DNA from: Limisphaerales bacterium
GTDB lineage: Bacteria; Verrucomicrobiota; Verrucomicrobiia; Limisphaerales; CAIMTB01
Direction of reading: 5' to 3'
DNA length: 64,000 nt
NCBI GenBank assembly: GCA_050250555.1
Contig: JBFWOK010000004.1
Location: 17,526 to 81,525 of the forward strand
The notes under the pieces were generated by a model. That model did no database searches. It had not been told where the DNA came from and saw nothing but the letters and a program-made list of their open reading frames with translations. This document shows, in pieces, positions 44,213 through 51,666 of the stretch (position 1 is its first letter; the number at the start of each line of letters is the position of its first letter). Made by a program: the position numbers and the translations under genes.

Positions 44213-46465
44213 ATGAATCCGCCAATTCAGGTGAGTCGGGAGGTCGCCTTGTGCGACGACACCGGCTTGTTTACCGTACGCGGACCGCTGGCCCCCTTGG
44301 AAATGTCCTTTCGTACCCATGCTCCATTTCCCGTCCCAACTTCCCGGCACCCGTCCCCTCAAGGATTGCGTCGTGTCGCCCGCTGGGCCGCCGCCGCCCT
44401 CATCACCGCGTTCCTGACGTTCGTCGAAGCCAGCCCCCTCGCCCCTCTCGCGCGCGCCCAACCCAGCCTCCTCCCTTTCGCCGATGCGTTCGCCGATCGC
44501 GGCGTCCTCTCGGGCTCCTCCGGCTCCGGCTCCGGCTCCAACGTCGGCGCAACCCTCGAGCCCAACGAACCCCGCCACGGCGCCGTCCCCGGAGGCAGCT
44601 CCGTCTGGCTGACATGGACCGCACCCAGCGACGGTCTGGTGACTTTCTCCACCGCGGGCAGCGACTTCGACACGGTTCTTGCCGCTTACGCTTACGACAG
44701 CGAACTCAAGAACGACGGCTCCGGCCCGAGGGATCCCTCGCGTCCGTTCGCGGACCTTCGCGAGGTCGCAAGGCTCGACGACAGTTCCAATACGCACGAC
44801 AGCCTGATTGAGTTCGGGGTCCGCCAGGGCGTCCGCTACGCCATCGCCGTCGATGGCTTTCGGGGAGCCTCCGGCGCGATCGTCTTCTCCTGGAACCTGC
44901 TCGAAGCCGCCGACATCGTCCCCACCCTCATCACGGTCGAGCGGGACCGCTCACTTCAGGCCGGCGATACCCTCACGCTCTCCGTCGAATTGGTGGTCGA
45001 ACAAGGCGGCGACGATGACGTCGATCTCAAATGGTACCGCGACGACGAGGAACTCGAAAACGAGGAGTCGCCCACGCTCGTCATCCAACGCTTTTCCGAA
45101 GCCAACGTGGGCACCTACAGGGTCCGGGTTCGCTCCGGCCGCATCCGCTTTTTCTCTGCGCCCATCGAGATCCAACTGAATTCAGAGGGACAGATCGTGG
45201 TTCTCGCACGCGATAAACCGGCCCATGCCCTTGAATCCGCGCTGATCGGAGCGCCCGACGCCCCGGGCCTCTTCAACTCAACATCCCCCCGCGCCACCCC
45301 GATTCCACACTCCCGCGGCCCGCTCTCGGTTCGCACTTCCGCGTTCGGGGTAACTCGCGGCTTCAATGGCAGCCAAATCTTCTCGACGGCTTACGCCGGA
45401 CGCGACGCCGGGGAACCCCTCCACTGCAATATCCCCGGCGGAGCTTCCTATTGGTTCGCCTACGTCCCACCCGCCGAAGGCACTCTCACCTTCGACACCG
45501 ACAACAGCACCTTCGACACCGTTCTCGCCGTCTACACGTTCGAACCGCCGTTCTCCGGCTACTCGGATCTGATCTCCGTCGCGTGCGACGACAACGCGGG
45601 TCCCAACGCCGTCACGAGTCGTGTCGAATTCACGGCCGAGGCCGACCGCACCTATCTTGTTGTTGTCGACGGCGTCAATGGGGCCCGCGGTTTCGTCCAT
45701 CTCCAGTACCGGCTCACAACTCAGCCAAATCTCGTTCCCCCCGCGATCACTTCCCCGCCCACGCCGCTCTCCGTCACCGAGGGTGACGTCGCCCGGTTCG
45801 CCGTCGTCGCCTCGGGGTCCGAGCCCTTCTCATTTCAATGGCGGTTCAACACCCAGCCCATCCCCGATGCTCTTTCCGATTCCCTCACCCTCCATCCCGC
45901 GGCCCCCGACCTCGCCGGCCTCTACGACGTCGTCGTCGCCAATGCCGCCGGCTCCATCACCAGCGCCCCCGTCCGACTGATCGTCCTCCCTCGGCCCGTT
46001 CCCCCAGCGATCACTTCCCCGCCCACGCCGCTCACCGTCACCGAGGGTGACGCCGCCCGGTTCGCCGTCGTCGCCTCGGGGTCCGAGCCCTTCTCATTTC
46101 AATGGCGGTTCAACACCCAGCCCATCCCCGATGCTCTTTCCGATTCCCTCACCCTCCATCCCGCGGCTCCCGACCTCGCCGGCCTTTACGACGTCGTCGT
46201 CGCCAACGCCGCCGGCTCCATCACCAGCGCCCCGGTCACTCTTCGCTTTATCCATAGGATTCAGCTCAATCCGACCCACGCCGGCGGCCTCCTCCGTCTG
46301 TCGTTCCAATCCGCCCTGGGCTGGACCTATCACCTCGAGTCCTCCGAAGGCCCCGACGACGCTTGGACCCGTTCGGAATCTCGGAACGGCACCGGCGATC
46401 GACTGGTGATCGATACTCCGGTCGAGCCCTGGGTTTCGCGGATCTTCCGCGTTCGCGCCGAGTGA
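44213..46465 (+). CDS. secreted multi-domain protein with Ig-like repeats
   Basis: Two modules of the form N..ATxEPxEPxH...GGxSxW..W.AP..G.xTF.T.xSxFDTVLAxY, then Ig-like domains (FSFQWRFN..LxLxPAAPDLAGLYDVVVANAAGSITS), two of which are nearly identical. An alternative start is the ATG at 44303. Confidence 0.75.
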   Translation: MNPPIQVSREVALCDDTGLFTVRGPLAPLEMSFRTHAPFPVPTSRHPSPQGLRRVARWAAAALITAFLTFVEASPLAPLARAQPSLLPFADAFADRGVLSGSSGSGSGSNVGATLEPNEPRHGAVPGGSSVWLTWTAPSDGLVTFSTAGSDFDTVLAAYAYDSELKNDGSGPRDPSRPFADLREVARLDDSSNTHDSLIEFGVRQGVRYAIAVDGFRGASGAIVFSWNLLEAADIVPTLITVERDRSLQAGDTLTLSVELVVEQGGDDDVDLKWYRDDEELENEESPTLVIQRFSEANVGTYRVRVRSGRIRFFSAPIEIQLNSEGQIVVLARDKPAHALESALIGAPDAPGLFNSTSPRATPIPHSRGPLSVRTSAFGVTRGFNGSQIFSTAYAGRDAGEPLHCNIPGGASYWFAYVPPAEGTLTFDTDNSTFDTVLAVYTFEPPFSGYSDLISVACDDNAGPNAVTSRVEFTAEADRTYLVVVDGVNGARGFVHLQYRLTTQPNLVPPAITSPPTPLSVTEGDVARFAVVASGSEPFSFQWRFNTQPIPDALSDSLTLHPAAPDLAGLYDVVVANAAGSITSAPVRLIVLPRPVPPAITSPPTPLTVTEGDAARFAVVASGSEPFSFQWRFNTQPIPDALSDSLTLHPAAPDLAGLYDVVVANAAGSITSAPVTLRFIHRIQLNPTHAGGLLRLSFQSALGWTYHLESSEGPDDAWTRSESRNGTGDRLVIDTPVEPWVSRIFRVRAE
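45734..46237 (+). repeat. near-perfect tandem duplication with a 264-bp period (one 88-aa Ig-like domain)
   Basis: 45734-45973 aligns with 45998-46237 with about 7 substitutions by eye. Confidence 0.9.
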
Positions 46466-46474
46466 TTCCGCTCC

Positions 46475-47995
46475 ATGCCACGCGCCACCGAAACATCCTC
46501 CATGACGCCCCCGATCTCGCATCCTCAACAGGACCTCCGTTGCCTCCTCGTGGAAGATGATCCCGGCTTCGCCTCCATGATCCGCGATCTTCTCAGCGAA
46601 GAGGGCTTTCACGTCACTTTGGTCGACAACCTTCGACAGGCGCGCGGCCTCGCGGGTGTCCATTCGTACGAGTTGATCGTTCTCGACAACCATCTCCCGG
46701 ACGGCAAGGGCTTTGATTTCTATCTCGAGATCGCCGGCGGCGACCCCGCGAAGACCGTCATCGTGCTTACTGGGCTTCCCGAACTTTCGCACGCCGTCGA
46801 ACTGACCCGCCGCGGCCTGTTCGACTACCTCGCCAAGCCGGTCTCGCGCGACGCGTTCATCGACTGCATCCGCCGGGCTCGCGCGCGCCTCGAAAGGATC
46901 CGGATCCCACTGAACGCCGATTCCCTCGTGGCGACCGCTCCGGCCATGCGGGAGATCTCGCTTGCGCTTGATCAAGCCTCCCGTCATCCCACCGCCACCG
47001 TTCTTTTCACGGGCGAAACCGGCTCCGGAAAAGACGCCGCCGCCCGCGCCCTCCACCAACGCACCCATCCCAGGGAAACGGCCGCCACCCCGTTTGTGCC
47101 GGTGAATTGCGCCGCCATACCGGGCGAGATCTTCGAGGCCGAACTCTTCGGAGCGGAACGCGGCGCCTACACCGGGGCCGATCGGACCCGGGAAGGACTC
47201 GCCACCGCGGCACGCCAGGGGACGCTGTTCCTCGACGAAATCAGCGAAATACCACTCCCTCTCCAGGCGAAGCTCCTGCGTTTCCTCGAGGCCCGCGAAT
47301 ACCGTCCCCTCGGGGCCACCGTCACCCGGCGTTTCCAGGCCCGCCTCGTCGCCGCCACCAACCGCTCCCTCGCGGATGAAGTCGCCGTCGGCCGATTCCG
47401 AGAGGACCTCCTCTACCGTCTTGACGTCTTCACCGTCCAGCTTCCACCCCTGCGCCATCGCACGGACGAGATCCCGGTTCTCGCCGAACAACTCCTGGTC
47501 GACCTCGCCGCCAAATACGTGCGCCCCGCACCGCGACTTCTTCAATCCGACATCGACGCCCTCGTCACCTATCCTTTCCCGGGCAACGTCCGCGAACTCC
47601 GCAACCTTCTCGAACGCTCCCTCCTCCGGACGCCCCACGATGCCGCGTCCCTCGCCCTTGACCACCTATGGCTCAACCGACCCTCGGCATCGAATCAGGT
47701 CGCCATCACCAGTGCATCCCACGCTCCCGACCCCTTGGCTACGACGGCGCAAGCGTTGAAGTCCCAGCATCCCCAGGTTCCCTTGGCCGACGATTCGAGT
47801 CCCGACGGCGGATGCCGTCCGCTCGGACCACTCGAACGCCGTGAATATGAGGCGATTCGGGAAGCCCTGTTGGCCGCCCAGGGTGGTATCCGCCGCGCCG
47901 CCGCCCGACTCGGCATCACCCACCAGGCGCTCCTGCGGCGCCTCGAAAAATGGCCCGAACTACGCCAGGCCGCCACGAAGCCGGGCCCACCATGA
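46475..47995 (+). CDS. sigma-54-dependent response regulator (NtrC family: REC, AAA+, Fis HTH)
   Basis: REC (LLVEDDPG...LIVLDNHLPDGKG), Walker A GETGSGKD, GAFTGA-type loop (GAERGAYTGA), RFREDLLYRL, and C-terminal HTH AAARLGITHQALLRRL. Confidence 0.9.
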   Translation: MPRATETSSMTPPISHPQQDLRCLLVEDDPGFASMIRDLLSEEGFHVTLVDNLRQARGLAGVHSYELIVLDNHLPDGKGFDFYLEIAGGDPAKTVIVLTGLPELSHAVELTRRGLFDYLAKPVSRDAFIDCIRRARARLERIRIPLNADSLVATAPAMREISLALDQASRHPTATVLFTGETGSGKDAAARALHQRTHPRETAATPFVPVNCAAIPGEIFEAELFGAERGAYTGADRTREGLATAARQGTLFLDEISEIPLPLQAKLLRFLEAREYRPLGATVTRRFQARLVAATNRSLADEVAVGRFREDLLYRLDVFTVQLPPLRHRTDEIPVLAEQLLVDLAAKYVRPAPRLLQSDIDALVTYPFPGNVRELRNLLERSLLRTPHDAASLALDHLWLNRPSASNQVAITSASHAPDPLATTAQALKSQHPQVPLADDSSPDGGCRPLGPLERREYEAIREALLAAQGGIRRAAARLGITHQALLRRLEKWPELRQAATKPGPP

Positions 47996-50900
47996 ACCAC
48001 TCCCCCGCGCCGGACGTTTTCCAGTCCCCGCGCCGTGGCCCGCGCGGCGACGTCAGGCCGGGTGATGGCCGACCTCCGGGCCATGGCCCCATCGGTAAGC
48101 CCTGGGCCAACGAATGCCGGGGTCGTTCGTCATCCATCCCCACCTTTCCGACGATCTTTCTCCTGATCCTTTTCCTGGGGCTTGGAGGTTCCCTCCATTC
48201 CCAGACGGCTTCACCGACTTCACCCTCCGCGAAGCCCGCGCCCGCGATGACTCCGCCCACCACCGCCACCAGCCGGCTCGTGGGGTTCTCGGGACACGTC
48301 CAGATTTCACTCCCGTCTCAGGATACCTGGATGCCGGCCCAGCCCAATCTGGACCTCCCCGCCGGGTCCCGCATCCAGACCCACAAAGAGAGCCGCGCCA
48401 TCATCCAGTTCTCCGACCGCAGCGTTTTGCGACTGGGTCCCAACACGCTCATCGTCATTCAGCGACCCGCGGCCCCGCCCGCCACCAAACGATTCCGGCT
48501 CGACCTCGGCCGACTGTTCTTTCTCGACCGCGAGTCCCCGTCCGACATCGAGTTCGAAACACCCGTCGCCTCGGGCGCGATCCGCGGAACGGAGTTCGTG
48601 CTCGCCAGCGAGCCTCGAGGCGACGTTTCGTCCCTCGCCCTTATCGAGGGCCGGGTCACGATCTTCCAGGACGGCAACTCCCTCGAGGTGGACCCCGGCC
48701 ATCGGGTCGAGGTCCGTCGCGGGCAGGCCCCCGTCCACTCCCCAATCCTCATCACGGCCAATCTTGTCCAATGGTGCCTCTACTACCCGCAGGTTCTCAG
48801 CCCCGACGACCTCACCCTCACAGAATCTGAATCGCTCCTTCTCGCGCCATCGATCACCGCCTGGAATCGCGGAGCGGCCCGCGAAGCGCTCGATCTCTTT
48901 CCCGATGATCCCCCACCCGGAACCGACGTCCGCGCCTACCACGCCGCCCTCATTCTCTCCGCGGGCAACGTCGAGGCCGCCGACGAACTCCTGAACGCCC
49001 TGAACCCCGCCCATCCCCTGGTGGCGGCGCTCCGTGAGGTCATCGCCGCCGTCCGTTTCCAGCCTCTCGACACTCCGTCCACACCCACACGGGCCACCGG
49101 CTGGCTCGCGCGCTCCTATCTTCTCCAATCGCAGGCCCGCCTCGATCTCGCGCTCGACGCCGCCCGAACCGCTCGAGAACTCGCCCCCCTCTTCGGCCCC
49201 GCTGCGCTCCGCGTCGCGGAACTCGAACTCGCCCACGAAAATCGGCGCCTCGCCCTGGCCGCCCTCGACAGCGGCCTCTCCCTCGCTCCGGACAGCGCTC
49301 CTGGTCATGCCCTGCGCGGCTTCGTCGCGCTCGCCACCTTCCAACCCCGCGACGCCGTGCCCGCATTCGACCACGCCATCGAGCTCGATAGCAGCCTCGG
49401 CCAGGCATGGCTCGGCCGCGCCCTCGCGTTCGGTCAACTCGGTCGACCTGAACAGGCCCGTCGCGAACTCCAGATCGCCGCCGCCCTCGAACCGCTCCGC
49501 GCCGAAATCCGCGCCTACCTCGGCAAGGCCTGGGCCGCAGCCAACGACCCCGTCCGCGCCCGCGCGGAGCTCGACCTCGCCAAATCGCTCGACTCCGGTG
49601 ATCCCACACCCCGCCTTTACTCCGGCCTCGAATACTTCCAGTCCAACCGCCTGAACGACGCCGTCCGCGACCTCGAACGCGCCTTCGACCTCAACGGGAA
49701 TCGGGCCATCTTCCGTTCCCGCTTCCTGCTCGAACAGGACCAGGCCACCCGCAATGCCGACCTTGCCGCCTTGTTCCAGACCCTGGGTCTCACCGCCCCC
49801 GCCCGCCAACTCGCCTCACGCGCGGTCCTCGAGGATTTCTCCAACGACGCCGCCCACCTGCTCCTCGCCCGCACCCTCCAGGCGCGCGAGGACCCGCTCC
49901 ACGCCAATCTCCGCTACGAAACCCCGCGCCAAAGCGAACTGCTTCTCGCCAACCTCTTCGCCCCGCCCGGCGGCGGCAACCTGTCCCAGCAACTGTCCCA
50001 GCAGGACCACCTCCGGTATTTCGGACCGCAATCCCTCGCCTGGAGCTCCCTTTCCACCTACTTCAGCCGCGGCGATTGGGAACATCTCTCCACCGCCTTC
50101 GGCTCCGTCGAAGGCCTGGCCTATGCCCTCGATCTCCAAATGCTCTCGGTTGAAGGCGATCATCCCAACGCCGACCTCGAACGCACGCAGGTTTCCCTGC
50201 AACTCAAACAACGCGTCGGATCGGCCGACGAATTCTACCTCCAAACCGGAACCCTGCGCTCCGACGGCGGGGACACGTTCACCCGGACCGATCCCGCCTC
50301 CACCGACCCCGACCTCCGCGCCGTCGAACGGCAGGAACCGCATCTCTATCTCGGTTGGCACCACACCTGGGCCCCGGGCCATCACAGCCTCCTGCTCGCT
50401 TCGTGGCTCCGCGACCATCTCTCCCTCGACGACGCCGCGCGCCCCATCCTCTTTCTACGACAGTCCGACGGCATCATCACCCACGTCGAACCAACCCGAG
50501 CCCGCTTCGACCTCCATCAGGACTCCACGTTTGACCTCCGCTCCCTCGAATACCTCCACCTTTGGGAATCGTCCCGATACGGCTTCATGACCGGCGCGCG
50601 TTATCAATCCGGCTCGATCGATTCCGAGGCCACACTCGCAGGCCCGCTGCCACCTCCGTTCTCCGTCCAGCGCGTCGAATCCGCCCTCGAACGCTTCAAC
50701 GCGTACGCCGACCTCTTTTGGCGACCCCTTCCAGAGCTTCGCCTGAGTTCCGGTCTCGGATTCCATCACCTCCGCCATCCCGCCAACGCCGATCTCCCTC
50801 CGCTCTCAACCGAAACCGCCTCCAGCTCCCTCTGGGGACCGCGCCTCGGCCTGTCCTGGTCCCCGCTCCCCCGCACCCAGATCCGCGCCGCCCACGCGTC

Positions 50901-51648
50901 CACTCTCGGCGGGCTTTATTTCGACGACAGCCTCCGCCTCGAGCCCACCCAGGTCGCGGGCTTCACCACCGCCCCCCGCGGTCTCGTCCCCGAATCCGTC
51001 GCCGGCCTCGTCCCCGCCACCGAGATCTCCACCACCGGCCTCGGCCTCGACCACGCGTTCGGCGGCAATCTGTACACGGGCGTCGAGGTCCAGTGGCGCG
51101 TTTCCGACGGGGAACGCCGGGCCGGCGCCGCCTCCAATTCCCTTCCCGTTCCCCTTCCGGATTCCCCCGCGTCCACGCTCCAAACCCTCGACGCCGAGGA
51201 ACGCGTCCTGATCGCCTACGCGACCCTGCTCCTCGATCGCGACTGGTCCCTCGGGCTCGACTATCAGTTCGTCGACGCCGATCTCCACACCCGGTTCCCG
51301 GAAGTCCCCGACACCGCCCTCGGCCTCGACGAAGTCGAACAGGACATCGAATCCCGACTCCACACTCTGCGCCTCGCCCTTCGCTTCAACCATCCGTCCG
51401 GCTGGTTCGCTGAGTGGCGTTCGGCCTGGTTTCTTCAGGAATCCGGCGGAGACCTCCCCGATCCCGCCGTCGAAGACCTCTGGCAACACCACCTCTTCGC
51501 CGGGTACCGTTTCCCAAGACGCCGCGCCGAAATCCGCCTCGGCATTCTCAATCTCACCGACACGGACCATCGACTCCAGCCCTTGACCCTCGATCTCTCC
51601 CCACCCCGCGAACGCACGTTCACCGCCTCCGTTCGCCTCAATTTCTAA
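47992..51648 (+). CDS. FecR-domain, TPR and C-terminal beta-barrel-like protein
   Basis: The ATG overlaps the activator stop (ATGA). FecR domain (GHVQISLP...AGSRIQTHKESRAIIQFSDRSVLRLGPNT), central TPR-like repeats, and a beta-rich C-terminal ~500 aa ending in ..SVRLNF*. Confidence 0.75.
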   Translation: MNHSPAPDVFQSPRRGPRGDVRPGDGRPPGHGPIGKPWANECRGRSSSIPTFPTIFLLILFLGLGGSLHSQTASPTSPSAKPAPAMTPPTTATSRLVGFSGHVQISLPSQDTWMPAQPNLDLPAGSRIQTHKESRAIIQFSDRSVLRLGPNTLIVIQRPAAPPATKRFRLDLGRLFFLDRESPSDIEFETPVASGAIRGTEFVLASEPRGDVSSLALIEGRVTIFQDGNSLEVDPGHRVEVRRGQAPVHSPILITANLVQWCLYYPQVLSPDDLTLTESESLLLAPSITAWNRGAAREALDLFPDDPPPGTDVRAYHAALILSAGNVEAADELLNALNPAHPLVAALREVIAAVRFQPLDTPSTPTRATGWLARSYLLQSQARLDLALDAARTARELAPLFGPAALRVAELELAHENRRLALAALDSGLSLAPDSAPGHALRGFVALATFQPRDAVPAFDHAIELDSSLGQAWLGRALAFGQLGRPEQARRELQIAAALEPLRAEIRAYLGKAWAAANDPVRARAELDLAKSLDSGDPTPRLYSGLEYFQSNRLNDAVRDLERAFDLNGNRAIFRSRFLLEQDQATRNADLAALFQTLGLTAPARQLASRAVLEDFSNDAAHLLLARTLQAREDPLHANLRYETPRQSELLLANLFAPPGGGNLSQQLSQQDHLRYFGPQSLAWSSLSTYFSRGDWEHLSTAFGSVEGLAYALDLQMLSVEGDHPNADLERTQVSLQLKQRVGSADEFYLQTGTLRSDGGDTFTRTDPASTDPDLRAVERQEPHLYLGWHHTWAPGHHSLLLASWLRDHLSLDDAARPILFLRQSDGIITHVEPTRARFDLHQDSTFDLRSLEYLHLWESSRYGFMTGARYQSGSIDSEATLAGPLPPPFSVQRVESALERFNAYADLFWRPLPELRLSSGLGFHHLRHPANADLPPLSTETASSSLWGPRLGLSWSPLPRTQIRAAHASTLGGLYFDDSLRLEPTQVAGFTTAPRGLVPESVAGLVPATEISTTGLGLDHAFGGNLYTGVEVQWRVSDGERRAGAASNSLPVPLPDSPASTLQTLDAEERVLIAYATLLLDRDWSLGLDYQFVDADLHTRFPEVPDTALGLDEVEQDIESRLHTLRLALRFNHPSGWFAEWRSAWFLQESGGDLPDPAVEDLWQHHLFAGYRFPRRRAEIRLGILNLTDTDHRLQPLTLDLSPPRERTFTASVRLNF

Positions 51649-51666
51649 GTCCAGGATCGCGGCACC

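Noticed and set aside
45734-46237. Diversity-generating retroelement (template/variable repeat pair) as an explanation for the 264-bp repeat
   Set aside because: The mismatches between the copies are not adenine-specific, the copies are directly tandem and in frame, and no reverse transcriptase is in the window.
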